In this document: positions 1 to 13,374 of the stretch, one piece after another
Layout of the letters: each line of letters starts with the position of its first letter
Numbering within the stretch: position 1 is the first letter of the stretch
Source of the DNA: Lama glama
Taxonomy: Eukaryota
Direction: 5' to 3'
DNA length: 64,000 nt
NCBI GenBank assembly: GCA_028534125.1
Contig: CM052817.1
Coordinates: 67,396,001-67,460,000 of the forward strand
Translations under genes and position numbers: made by a program
The notes under the pieces: model-generated
What the model saw: the letters and a program-made list of their open reading frames with translations, nothing else
Told to the model about the DNA's origin: nothing
The model's database searches: none

Positions 1-1117
1 GAACTGGGGTTTCATTGGCCATGACATGATTCAGAAATGAGTATTTTTGTTCATACAAACAGGACACTAATCTCAGTGATAGATCATATTCATGCAGCTA
101 ATTCCTGCAGCTTGCTAAATGTATGAAGATGAGTGTTTATCTGAGATTCAACTATAACAACAGTAACAAAGAGCCTATCATCACTTTTTTCCAATAATCT
201 CTAAATACTGGATTACAGCATAATTTCACATTAACATACAACTGCATCGTTAATGTGGCAATGCTCCCAACATGACTCTTTCCTGCCACAAAGTTACCAA
301 AGTCATCCTCTGATTTCAGGAAAAGCAGAATTGAACTATAATTAATTTCTAATGTTTCTGTGATCTGTGTAAGTGTTGTTGTGAAGGAACAATTTCCAGA
401 GATGAGGATGTACCTAAAAGAAGAGATGCCCGATGAGGCTGGAAGCTCCAGATCATGCAGGTAGGCTGGGAACAACAACAAATGACAGCAGGCGCACCTA
501 AAGAGAAAAGAGAGCCTGAAGAGAGGAAGAGAGGAAAAGAAAGAATCCCAGTGTTGAACGGGTTGGGGCATACTACTTTGGAGGACTGAGGGAGATACTC
601 AGGAGTGTAAGTGACGCTCATCAGGCATTCAGTTAGCAAGGCCCTGAAAATTGCAACAGTTCAGATGTTAAGTAGTTAGAAATAGATCATTACAGACCTG
701 AAGTGGTAGTAAGGGGGAGCATTTCAAACCCAGACAGAATAGAAGAGGGGAAAGTCTATCCTGAATTGCCGTCTCTCTCCCAAAAGGGCTCTTACATTTC
801 TATGACATGGGAACTGGACAGAGGCAGAAATCTAGGACACACAATGCAAGAACCAGATAAGCCACAGGCAGAAGAGCTTAACTTGTGTAGAAGAGACTCA
901 AGAGTAAGCAGGAAGATGAGGCTGCCAAGCAACTTCCCCATATCTTTATTACAAAGGTAGTGAGGGAAGGAGACAGAGTAGTCAGACTCGGTTTAGAAAC
1001 AGAAATAAAGTAAACTAGGAGGACAGAACAATAATACAGAGAAAGAGAGCCTGGACTATATTTAACAAATCTAGGTCAACAGAATTGATTGACCTTTAAA
1101 TGAACATATATATTCAC

Positions 1118-1134
1118 TATATATATATATATAT
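1118..1134. repeat. (TA)n microsatellite
   Basis: Run of tatatata... read directly. Confidence 0.9.
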
Positions 1135-1249
1135 GTAATTGTATATAGATACGTACTTCTACTCAGCTCTTTATAGGACATGCCCAAGTACGGTGATTTG
1201 CTTATGATGTTCTGCTAATTATATCTATATTCTTCTCCTTATTAAAAAA

Positions 1250-2400
1250 AAAAAGTCTTTTTCCAAATAAAAAAGTAAAATATGCTTGTTGGAGCACCTT
1301 TGAAAACTAAGTAAACATTTTTTAAAAAATCAAAATAACCTGTAATGCTATATATATAACTATTTAGTATATAACTGCTGTATACATTTTACTTTATTTC
1401 CTTCCTGTCTTTTTTCTATACATTTTTTTCCTGAATTAAGGGCATAGTGATTTCAAGTTTATTTCCTTTTTTAAAAAATTATACAACTAATTTATCATAT
1501 TAAAGTCTCTATTTTAAAAATAGCAATTCTAATGGATGCATGATTCTCCACCCTATGACTACACAAGATTTGTCTTTTTTCCCCTTTATTTTTATAAAGT
1601 TAGATTTCTTCATCACCAATTTTTGCTTTTAGGAAAATTACTATCATAATTTTTTTTTATTTATACAAGGACATCTATGTATTTGAAACTGCTGCTTTCT
1701 TCTGAAGTGCAAATGATTCCCAGATGTTAAATTATTGCATCAAAAATACAGGAATACTTTTTTTAAATTTAGTACATATATTTTTAAATTGTTTTAGGAG
1801 AAAAATGAGTTTCCTGCTCACTACAGCCCTAGTTTTTAAATTATTATTATTCTAAATTCAATTATGTTAAATTTATTACATTATATTTTAGCATCTACTT
1901 ATTAAGTTTAATAACAATTATTAAAAATTTAAAATTAATATTATTCTACTTTGGTAATTTAAAAGAAGTAAAATTCTACTATGTAAATCTATATTTCTTA
2001 AATCAATAGAATTTAACATTTTCTCTAGATTTTGTAAGCTTCTCTATGTTTTTTGCACCATATTTGTTCAGTTACTTTATAATTACGTAGTAAGGAAATT
2101 AATTCCTTGCAGCTCTACTCCTGTTCAATAATATTTATCATGTGTGTTTGTTTTTAAAATTATGTTTGTAATGTTTTGTGCCATTTAGAAATTTCAAATT
2201 TTTATGTGATCAAGTTTATATAGTTTCCCTGTGATTTTTCCCCATTGCTTTTAAGTTTAGAAAATTATCAGCCAGACTCACAATCAAAACACATACACAT
2301 ATTTTTTCTGGGTTTCAATACTTTGATTTTTAAAAAATATTTAACTATATAAAACTAAAATTTATAGTGATATAAAGTATAATTCTAAACTACTTTCTAT
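1250..2400 (-). mobile_element. Old L1 (L1ME-like) fragments, highly decayed
   Basis: Very T-rich sequence with antisense-L1-like wording such as gatgttaaattattgcatcaaa and ttttatgtgatcaagtttata; boundaries uncertain. Confidence 0.5.
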
Positions 2401-2404
2401 ATTT

Positions 2405-3230
2405 CCTGTTCATTCATTTAATAAATATTTATTTGAATTTACTAGGTGTCACACTCTATATTAAGCTGTCAGAATATCAGTGAACAAAACAAAGATCTTT
2501 GTCCTAAAGGAGCTTACATCCTAGCCAGAGGAATAGCTGTCTAACTAATTAACTATCTATCTATCAACCTATCTATATCTATCCATCCATCATCTATCTC
2601 TGTATATTATAAATATATTTTTTCCTCAATGTTGAATGTTCTCAATGAAGTAGGAAGCAAAGTCAACTAGCATTAGAGGGGGAAGAATGGGCTGGGTGTG
2701 AGGGGAGAGGAGGAAGCAGGAAATTGTCACGTAGGAGGATGACAGAATAAAGAAACTAGGGAAATACAGTATGATTTCCTGGCAGCCTGGATATCCTACT
2801 TGAGCTTAGTAACCATCAATGTAAAGAAAATGCACTCAGCATGGCTGTATGCTTTTCTCTAACCACATTTAGCTGCACGGTGCCAGTATGAAGTAGGCAG
2901 AGAGTTGAATTTATTTGGGTCTGTGTTTTTTCCAAGTGGATACAAGGAAGCCAGGAAGGGCAAGGGAGTAGAGGATGCATATGCAAGGAAATGATGATGA
3001 TGATGATGATGGTGCACAGAATTAAAGATGGTAACAAAAAGAGTGAAGGGATAAAGGGGATGAAGGGCAATTAAGTTAGTAGGAACAATCAATTGGTGGG
3101 GTTGAAGAACTATTGGAATAGGGGTACCAGAAGTGTTGAGTTGGAAAGGACATTGAGGTTTTCAAGGAGTTGAAGTTATTGGTAATGATAAGAAACTGGC
3201 ATGACCCTAAGAGTGAAAGTGAATGCCTCC
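2405..3230 (-). mobile_element. L2 LINE fragments
   Basis: Begins ttcattcatttaataaatatttatt (antisense L2 3' end), followed by purine-rich antisense L2 body; contains a (TGA)n run at about 2992-3011. Confidence 0.65.
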
Positions 3231-4659
3231 TTAAAATTTTATTGGCCTCACCATAGTCTCATCCTTGTGAAATACTGAAGTGGTCTAAAATAAGAAGACA
3301 GCATCAGTGCATAGAATAATAAAAAACTAAGAGATAAACAGTTGACATTTGAGAAGAAGGTTCTGAGGAATTGTGGACAGTAAAAATGGAGGGTAAAAGA
3401 TACTGTGCTGTGATGACGTGGGACACTTCAGGAAGAAGAAAGGGAGACTTGCCTGAAAGCAGCCTTAAGCACGAACTCCACCTTCAGACCCAGTGGGATG
3501 ATCCCAGAAAAAGGAAGTACAGACACAGGAAACAGAAGTGGAGTGATGGTGCTCAATGTTCAGAAGACTGGAAACTGGCCCTTGAGCTCCCCTACCTCCA
3601 TCTGTCTCAGCCCGGTCTCTTTTTGTCTCAGCAATCTGCTGTCTGCTCTAGATTTCCCAGTTTGGCAAACCAATCATTCTGTTTCTCTGGCTCTCTACTG
3701 TTTCTCTTTATTCCCCAGCTGATGGCTTAATTTCCTCTCTGGCTTACCACTTGTTTTGGAAAGTGCTTCTGGTCACTGACCTCTTTGTCTTGGCTCAGAA
3801 ACATGCTTTGTATACATGCCTCAGTAGGCAGTCCTGTGGGTGTGTATTCTCCCCACATTCATGGGCTATGTATCTGGCCTCATTTTCCTCAACACTTATA
3901 ACAAGTTAGCACCCTAACAAGTAACCAGCCATTTTTAACAAAATGATCTTGATTTCAATCACAGCAGAAATTTATATAACTCGATCTACTGTCCAGTTTG
4001 CTTCATGAAATTTACAGTTGAGAGATGAAAATGGCAAAAAACTAAACTTCCACATTACTTTCTTAAAATAAAAATCATCACAGACCTTGATTCTCAGTCT
4101 ATCTCTTTAAGGATTCCTACTAAAATTATCTCCCTTCAAACCTCCAGCCAAAAAAAAGCATTCAACGTTTTATTTCTTGTGAAATAAATATTTATTGCAA
4201 ATAATATTTCAATATCTGGTTCATGTGGTTCCAGTTTTTGTTGTTGTTTTTATCATTTTATACTAGGAAAGCCTCACATTGCATATCAGTAAGGTGTATG
4301 ATTTCCAGTTAATTATAATGGTACTATTTTACTCTTGGACTTTTGATAAGTCCTGCAGTGCTTCTACTGTGCTTTTATTAGTTTTCAGATACCTGCTATC
4401 ACCTCTGTAACCTTATTATCATTCAATAAATCATTCTTTAAAAAAAAAAAGAAACATTTTTTGTCATATACATTTCAATATATAGATTTTTTTTTCTGGA
4501 TTAGGAACTTGCTTTACTGTTTGTTCAATTTAGTTTCTGTAGAGTCTCTTAACCCACCCTCATTTGCCCAAATCACTGGTAACCAACACTCCATTCCTCT
4601 GTAAAACTCACCCAAGGCTCTCGGGCTGGTCAGCCACCCTCCCATAGGCTCAAGCATTC

Positions 4660-5215
4660 TGTGCCCTCCAGTTGAGTTGTAGGTTTACCAAAAGTCAGCT
4701 GAGTTTGCCCCCAAAGTTATTTTATTCAATCTCACTTGTTGTCATTTTAAATTTAAATAAACATTTTGTAAACCATTTAAGCATGTGTGCAAAAATAAAC
4801 ACCACCAACAAAAAAACAATTTGTTTCTATGAAAATTAAATTGAATGCTTTGAAAAGCCTTGATTAAGTTAAACTATAAATTGTAGTTCAATTAGATGTG
4901 GACAGGAACCATCTGTAAGTTTGAGAAAGCTTCTGTTTCCTAAGGGCTTTACATTTTAACTCCACTTTAAAGAATTCACAACTGGAAATTACAAGTGATG
5001 TCATATGAGTGTAATTTATTCCAAAAAATCGTTAAAGAATTAAATAAAAGCTTTAATCTATATGTAGAGTTTGATGAAAAAATATGTCTTTATATACTTT
5101 AAGTTAAAATAAACATCAAAAAATGTGTTAGACTTCATTATTTCCTATTTGAACTTATATTTTAAATTAACAAATCAACCAAAGTCTCCTACAACATTGG
5201 ATGGCATCTACTGTA
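4660..5215 (+). mobile_element. TcMar-Tigger DNA transposon remnant
   Basis: tttgtttctatgaaaattaaattgaatgctttgaaaagccttgat reads FVSMKIKLNALKSLD, resembling the pogo/CENP-B-type N-terminal HTH; right end ...ctactg|ta fits a Tigger TIR plus TA target. Confidence 0.6.
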
Positions 5216-6834
5216 TGCTCCCCTCTATACCACAGCCTCCCTGAAACCCAGATTCAAGTCTGGTTCGTCTGATTCCAAACCCTTTGCTTTTAACCACTAT
5301 GGTAACATTATTTAATTCCTGCCTAACTCTTCATACCTTAAAAAACAAAGGACAACAAAAACAAAAACCTTTAGTTTTGTACTACCCTTTAGCCGAGACC
5401 CAGTTTTTCTCCTTTTCAAAGACAAGTTCCTCAAAAGAATGGACTATGATCTCTTCCTGCAGCAGCCAAGAGTCTGGCAAACGACCCTGGCAAGGCCTGG
5501 GACTACTGTTGAGAAGTCCACCCATGACCCTTTCAATTAGACGTTCCTCTTGGCTTCTTTTCACCCCATCTTATTTGATCTCACCACAGTATTTGAGACT
5601 GTTAGCTGTTTCCTTTATCTTTAAATCGTCTCCTCTCTTGGCAGTTCCTCCTCCATCTGTTTTTTCTCAAACTCTTTTGTAGGCTCACTCGTATGTTTAC
5701 TTATTGCAGGATTTGTCAATGTCTCTCGTATGTCCCTTTCTTTAATTTCTGATTATAAAAGTAAAATATGGCTATTATAGTACATTAGATATTAAACATT
5801 ACCCTGAAAATAACATAAAATACAATCATGCATAATCATGCCACCTAGCAATTACTACTGTCGCAGACTGATACTTCCCCTGCTTTCTTTATGCCTAATA
5901 TATTTAACAGAAATGAAACAATATCCACCTTGAGTTTTGTTTTCCACTTTTTAATTAAGTACTGTTTTATATATTTTCCAACCAGTTTTATTAAATATTT
6001 TTTCAATGTGATTTTTATAGTCGGATGACATTAAATTATACAGATTTTGTACTGGTTTATTTAAGCATTCCTCCTTCCCTATTGTTTGACATTTTACTTG
6101 CTTCTGTATACAAATACATTTTAGCTCAAAATACAAATTTTAGCTTTTTAAATGTAGAGTTTAATTTATTCACATTTATTGTCACAACTAATAACGTTTC
6201 TTTTTTTTTTTCAGTTAAGGTAAGAGGGTGGTTTTTCCAAGCACTTACATATTAGAGAAAGTATAATTCTTGTACTCCTCACAAATTGTTAACTATTTCA
6301 TTTACCATGGAATTCTTATGTCATATTTTTGCCTTATAAAAATTTGATATTTCAGATTGTGTTCTGCAAATTAGTATTGTGAAGCAGAAATATCCAGCCA
6401 CCATGTTTTCAGTTTTTTCAGGTGTCTTTTATTTTTCCTGTCTGATTGTTTATAAGACATTTTCTTCATCCATAAGCTTAACAGTTTTTATTAGGCTATG
6501 TCTAAGATCATTGTTCCAGAGGAACCTTATTAGAGTAAATTAATATTTATTACAGTAACTTCATCAAGGGCCAGCAGTGAAGAGAATCAGACATTGGCAT
6601 CTTTTTTCTTAAGCCATAAAACAAGACTTATCAACATGTTCACAGTGCAGAGCTGGCTATCAAATAATAGTATTAAATGTGTGATGCTGATAAACATTCA
6701 GGCTCATGTAGTGATATAAACTTATAAAGTCTTTGACAAGTATTAAAGTGCATAGATCATTCAATTCTGCCTCAAAAATTATTTGCTCATTTTCATGTTT
6801 CCTAGTTATATTTGTATATAACTTCATCATTTAT

Positions 6835-7030
6835 AAGACCACTCAGGCATGTCATTTAGTTTGATCCTCAACATGGCTATCAGAGGAAAGTTTGGCTATT
6901 GTTTCTCTATTTTATAAATCCGAGAAAAGGTGCTCAGAGCAATTCAGTAACTTTCCCCAGTTTATACAACTAGCAGTTAGCATAAAATTTATAGACAGTC
7001 TTCTGATTCCAAATATTCTTTGCTAAACCT
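6835..7030 (-). mobile_element. MIR SINE
   Basis: Degenerate antisense MIR core (ctattttataaatccgagaaaaggtgctcagag...taactttccccag). Confidence 0.6.
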
Positions 7031-7642
7031 ACTGTGTTGATCTTTTTTTACAAAATTTATGTAATTATGAGACCAAGAGACAGAGGAATAGCCTTTGTGG
7101 ACTGGAGTGAAGACTGTAAAGACTGGTGTCAGTCATGATATATGTTGAAAAGTTTCATTCATTCCAATCCTAGAATTCTACCATCCTGGACTGACTAAAT
7201 AGGTCCCTAAGAAATTTTTAAAATTTCTTCAGAAAGCCCATTTAAAATAAAAAATTACCAGGAAAAATTAAGCCATACTTTTCTTTAAGGAAAAAACCTG
7301 AGTATATATTAATATGTTTGGAGAAAAAGACTAACAACAAATGTGAGAAGTGAATGATGACCAAGGAAAAAGGGGAAGAGATGCTCATCAAAAGAGAACA
7401 AGCTAACATACTTTATCTTTTTCGCTCTATAACTAGGTACCACCTCTGCCTGAAAGTACTGTAATAATCTAAACACCCTATAACTCACATCTTTTGAATC
7501 ATCAATTGATGTGGAGTGGATCTTTCATCATTTAAATACAATATATTTCAAATTTGATAGGCTTTATAATATAAACTCCTAAAATATACATTTCATCAGA
7601 TTCTTGCATTAAATCTTTTGTAGCATTGCTAAAAATTAGAAA

Positions 7643-7663
7643 TATATATATATATATATATAT
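7643..7663. repeat. (TA)n microsatellite
   Basis: Direct reading. Confidence 0.9.
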
Positions 7664-7870
7664 AGTGTATGTACTTTTTATAATTGCAAATTATTTTTAA
7701 AAATAGGAGACATTATATCATAACAAGTATGTGAGTTTTGTACCATATGAAAATTGATGCACTTGCCATTTGATTACTGTATGGTACACACTATGATTCC
7801 ATAGTCTCGTAGAAAAGGATTTACTTACTTTCAGGGTACTTTATCTGCATTTTTTCCTACTAATGATCAT

Positions 7871-8294
7871 TGTGGAGGACTTTAAAGGACCTCCACTTTC
7901 TAGGAAACAAGCTAGCCTGCCGTAGTTTCATAAATGCTGTCCCAGACTCATGAGATTCCTGAGTCACAAATAAAAAACTTTGTTATTTATGGTGCTAGCA
8001 ACAGCCAGAGTATCAGCATTTCTTGTGCTGATTCCTCAAGCTTCATTTTCTACAGAGCAACGCACCCAAGAGGTTGCATTACAGAACTCTGCCTTGGAGA
8101 TCCTGTATCCTTTTTGTATAAATGGGCAGATGCCATGTCTGCCCTCTACTCTGGAGAAAGATACTATCTCTATCTCCTAAGGATGTTTGCTAAAACAAAA
8201 ATCTTAGAAAGGTAGTCCAGAACAAAGGGCAGTGAGTATCTCACTCCCAAGATGTATAGAAATACAAGACACCATGGGGAATGTTTTCCCATCA
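7871..8294 (-). mobile_element. ERVL solo LTR (LTR40-like)
   Basis: Reverse strand starts tgatgggaaaacattccccatggtgtc...ctgccctttgttctggactacc...gatagagatagtatct, matching the LTR40 5' end as recalled; TG...CA termini. Confidence 0.7.
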
Positions 8295-9299
8295 TTTGCT
8301 ATATATTTAGTACTTTGTGATGATTTCTGACCATATAAAAAGAATACTGAACTACATAGTCACATTAACCTTATTGGGATATATGATCTTTCCTTTCTTT
8401 TACAGCTTCAATATTTCATGTCTAGTGATAATGCCTGTGTATGTTTCAAGACTGTGAACCTGTTCTTCAACTTCTCAAATACACAAAATATATAGGTATA
8501 TAAAGCCTTTATCAGTTTTTGGCATTTTTTAGAGCTAGCTTGTGGCTATGTTTTTATCTTCCCACTGACACATTAAAAAAAAAAATAGCTCAATGTTTTT
8601 AAAGAAAATATTTCCTAGTAAATTTGTCAATCATAAAACTCAATCAAAATGCCAAAAAAAATTTAGGATAAGGAAACGGCACTTGGAAGAATTAGTACTA
8701 TATTCATGAAATATCTGTATATTGAAAAATTCTACAGAAATGTACACAAAATTATTTTATGCTACTTATGAAAACCATAGGGAATATTGTTTGTTAAGCA
8801 AAATTAAAATTTATAAGTTTGCTACTGACAAACACACACACACATAACAGATATTATTATTTAACGTGTTTACATCTCCAGAAAAGAAAAATCCCACTAG
8901 TATTCTAACTATAAAACATATGTGGCCCATCAATATATGTAGAATATATTATATAGAATATACATAGTATTATATAGTGTATATATATGTTTTATATATA
9001 ATATTTCAATATGGACAACTTATTTTTAGTGCCTTAGATTCTCATACTTTGATAATACATATGATTGTGTAGCATATGTTTAATTAAAAATTCCAGCCCT
9101 TCATTCTGGCTTTAAGAAGTCCTTAAATGTATTCACGCTCTTTTCAAATGAAAACAATTGAGAGTGGGTTGGGGAAAGCTGAAGCCAAAGGAAGCTAGAC
9201 AATACTTCTCCAAAAGTAAATCCATCTATCCACAATTCAAGAATGATTCAAACGTTCATTATCGCTCAGATAGCTGCCACGCAAGTGAAATTCTTCTAA

Positions 9300-9575
9300 T
9301 TGCGAGGACCCTAAATGTAGCTTATTGCCTTCCTCTCCCATCTCCTGACGTCTCTGGGTCATTTCATTCGCACCTCTCTTTCAAGCCGTCTGGGATCCCG
9401 GCTACAGCCGAGTTTTCATGCCGAGCACCTGGCCCGACAGCGTTTGGGCTGTCTTCCACCTGCCAGCCCTTTGTTCCTCCCCAGGATCGCAGGAGCCCGG
9501 CAAGTCTCGGCAAGCCCGCTCGCACAGCAGCTTCCCTGCGTTCAGTCTCTTCCTCCAGTCCTTAAGTCTGGTAAA
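9300..9575. promoter_or_regulatory. Small CpG-retaining unique segment (candidate promoter or enhancer)
   Basis: 15 CpGs in about 240 bp against a CpG-poor background; CRE-like tgacgtct; not recognised as a repeat. Confidence 0.45.
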
Positions 9576-11489
9576 TCCTTTCATTATTTTGCCTTACCCG
9601 TAGAGCTGTTCCATCTACTTTGTGATCTTTGGAAGCTAAAAATCCACGTGAGAATTAAATCTAGATAAACGTGATACCTCTAGAACACCAGAGTGCAAAG
9701 GAAGAGAAGCCTAAGTGAAAAAAATCACCTAAAAACTCCCTGCTCTTGCTGTAGCATAGTTACACATCGTCTGGGTTTGCATTCAAATTTTAAAAATTCA
9801 GAAGCTATGGGATTTGAAAATACGTGTAATCAGTACTTAGGGAAATATCACATAGCTCTTCCGCAAAGCAGATAAGCCCTACTTACTACCGAAGACTCGA
9901 TTTTTCATTCTTTGTCTGGTACCTCCCAGGATTTGCATCCCACCTCTTGAGCTCCACCCACACACAAAGCTCCTTTTACACTTCCAAAAATAATTTCTGA
10001 TCTGACACTCCCAGTGATATTGAGCCTATACCTCAACTTCCATCTGTTTCCCACTCTCAATTTCTATAGACTATACCACTAAGAATATGGTACTTGGCTT
10101 AGCAGTCATTCTTCTTAATTATTCCGAAGCCTTTCCAAACTTTAGCCTTTTCCAAGTTTCTCCTTTCAGTCAATACAGACAACTTTCCCAGTTTAACTCA
10201 GACACAATTATACTTCTCAGAGGCTTCTGTGAAAATGCTATCATTCACTTCGGTGCTCAATAAAACCAATCTGATTTAAAATTTCAGAACTTGAACAAGT
10301 GAGAGCAAAGAAGGCCTGTGGACTCATTTGGTACAGGATGAACTCCAAGGTGGATACAAATTCATAGCCTTCTTCAAATGTGTGATGAGTAAAGACATTA
10401 AAAAAAAAAAACCCAGAAAAACTATTTGCCATTCTAAGCATAGAGGGGAAAAAAAAGAAAAAGAAAAACAATAAAAAGTTCTATAAACTTAACTGATTAA
10501 AAAACAAAGAATTATGCCAGAATGTCATAGAATCTTAGGGCAGCATTTTAGTCGAATTAGAATGTTTCCGTAGAAAACTGTGGAGAAGCCAACTCTGGGA
10601 ATGAGGTAAGCAGACTAAATTTAAATTGTGTAGAAATCATGAAGTTCAGGCTCCTATTATAGAGGGGCTTAAAGCCGATTAGGCAAGGCTTACTTTTTGA
10701 TGACTTATACTTGATAAACCAGTTTCAGAGAGATTTTTTCAGTTTGTACGGGAGTCAAGAAAGCACTGACTCAGGTGACTGTGGAGAAATGTTAAACACG
10801 AGCTTCCCCATGTCTTGCTCTGCAGACCTGCTCTCAGGTTCCTGCCTGTTGTCCTTCCTGTCCCGTGGCCCGCTGCCTGCCAGAAATACAATGAACTTTT
10901 GTAATTCGGCAAAAGCTTAGAATTAATTGATTAGTGATATAGCTCTGAGACTTACAATATTTTTAAAAATCAAGAGAGAGAGAAGAGGGATATTCTAATC
11001 TGAGACGTCAGGAAGAGACAGGAACATTTCCAGATGTGCTCTCTGTGTGTACAATGGCCTTGGTTGCCTAAAACAGGATGGTGATTGGAGGTGAAGATGA
11101 CTTATAATTAACTGGAAAATATTCTGAGGATGGAGTGAGAAATAAAATTTGCAGCCACTTGTTTGTCTGATATAGAAAATCAACTTAGTTAACTTGAATT
11201 TTAAACTAAGAAAAGAAATGAGACCTCTAAAGAGAACTCCACTTTAGTAATAAGACAAGGCCATACATGGAAAGTGGAAGTAGAATGATTCTTGGTTTAA
11301 AGGATAAAGATTGGGGGGGGGGATGACCAAGTAGCACAGAACACCAAGGAGCTCTGTAACTGTGGGGAAGTCCATGAGGATAGAGTAGGAGGATTCAAAT
11401 GAAAGTCAAAGGACACATAAATAAAGGATACTATGGGTCACCCAGATGGATCTAGAAAATTTCACAGAGAAGAAATATGGTTGAAACAA

Positions 11490-11665
11490 GACATATGAAG
11501 ATGTTTTAACTAGTGACGGGGAATCTCTTGGTAGAGAACTTCAAGGATGTGTTTCAGGAATCCTTCCATCTCTGTTCAGATGGACATTTCTGTCAATAAT
11601 TTAGACGAGGCCCTGGATGATAAGTTGATATATCTGCTAGTAGCACAAAGTGGACAAAGTTCCCA
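11490..11665 (+). mobile_element. L3/CR1 LINE fragment (RT region)
   Basis: acatttctgtcaataatttagacgagg...tctgctagtagcacaaag parallels the CR1 RT segment FNIFINDLDE...FADDTK; a probable continuation lies at about 12320-12410. Confidence 0.5.
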
Positions 11666-11689
11666 ATAACTGATTTATCAACTTTCCAG

Positions 11690-12240
11690 TTCTTCAACTG
11701 CTCCCTCATTTTTTCTCCCTTACTGATTTTGACCTCATTATATTTACTCTTCCTTTTCCTTCCCATACAAACCTTCCTAACTTACTTTTACAGCCATGAT
11801 TATTTCCTCAACAATATTCACATCTCAGGCCTCTGACAGTTGGCTGCCACCCCTGCCATCCCACCAGAACTATCCCTGGGAATGTCCCTGCAGTGGTGTC
11901 CTAGTTGCCAAATCCTACGGACTTGTCTCAGATACCATCTTATCAAGTCTCTCTGGTACCTCCTTTGATAAGTTCATCCTTATTACAGTCTCAGTCACCT
12001 CCTTTGGGTCTTCCTCCTCTGATCCCTTTAAAACACTGGAACTCCTTGTAGTTCCATTGGCTTCTCACTTTCTGCTGCCTCTTAGGGCAATATCACATAT
12101 TTCATGATTTATACAAATATCAAGTATCTACAACAGTCATCCAACTCTGAATCCCATCCCCTCCTGAATGTTCTAGAGGAAACTAGAATTTAACAAAATT
12201 AATTTGACAAAATAAATCTCTTCTCCTCCAGAAGATGCGG
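11690..12240 (+). mobile_element. L2 LINE fragment
   Basis: Pyrimidine-rich L2 body (gtcctagttgccaaatcc...ctctctggtacctcctttgataag). Confidence 0.55.
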
Positions 12241-13374
12241 GCTTAGAAAACAGAAACAGAAAACACACAGGCACCCATACTAGATTATAGATTCCTTCTA
12301 AACCTCATGCCCACGCTCAGCAATGGATTGGGCTGTAGGTGACTTTGGCTTAACCAGCCATAGTGTATGTGGCAGCAAGGAAGGCAATTTGATCATAGGT
12401 TACTTGAATTCTTATAAATTATCATTAAAATATCATTTCAAAGAAACTAAAAACACACATTTTAAATTCTTGGTGTTCATTTTCTTATTAAATTTCTTCC
12501 CTTATATTGCATTATTCTTATTTTCATTATGTCCTAAAATTCACAAGTTTAACTGTCCTCATTGCATCATTCTTATCCCAAGGATAGAAAGTTGTGTTCT
12601 ATAAAGAACACCATACTACACTAGGAAATTGACTATTTCTATATAAAAAATTAGATGTTTAGTCTTTCAAGAAATGCAGTATACCTTAATTTAAAAACAG
12701 ATGCTCTTAAAAATTATACATTTAATTCCTCTTTTTGACATTTGGATGATAGAAGCATTCATGTATTATTATTTTGGGGGGAGGGACCATAAACGTTCAT
12801 CTACAACTAAACAAAACTTCCTTTTCCCTCGTCTACACAACCTTTATAAAGTAGGGCACAGAAGAAGCTGGTTTGCCAGATTCTAAACACAGGAAAACCA
12901 TTGCACCTAAATTTAGAATTTTTAAAAATCTCTTTCCACATTCCAATTTGGCTTTGAGAAAAACTGAATTCTTGAGCTGCACTTTAAAAGTTATTCTTTT
13001 TTTTCCCCCTCTTTCTAGGCTTGGGAGCATGGTAACACTGTTTATATAGCACTTTATGTCATTATATGTGTTAAGTCTGATCCTACAGAGGAAGTAGGCT
13101 GTTATAAAGTCAGCCAAGGTATATTCATTGGATTTGCTGCAAGGAGGAGAATGGTAGAATGAGAAGAAGAAAATTATTTTATCCCATTAAGGAACATCAT
13201 AGAGGAAATAGTCCCTCTTGCATGTTTTCTTGGCCTATCACCTTGGAAGGGTTTAAGTATGAGAAAACTGGGAATAACTTGTTGACCACAATAAATATTT
13301 CCAACATTCAAACCCTAGTTTTTCCCACTCAAAAATATACATGAGCTTAGTTACCTGAAAGGTCTTTCTCCTCT

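Noticed and set aside
152..639. 139-aa and 96-aa minus-strand ORFs
   Set aside because: No recognisable domain or convincing splice signals; consistent with chance ORFs.
2816..3092. Poly-His and poly-Ile ORFs
   Set aside because: A (TGA)n microsatellite within an L2 fragment.
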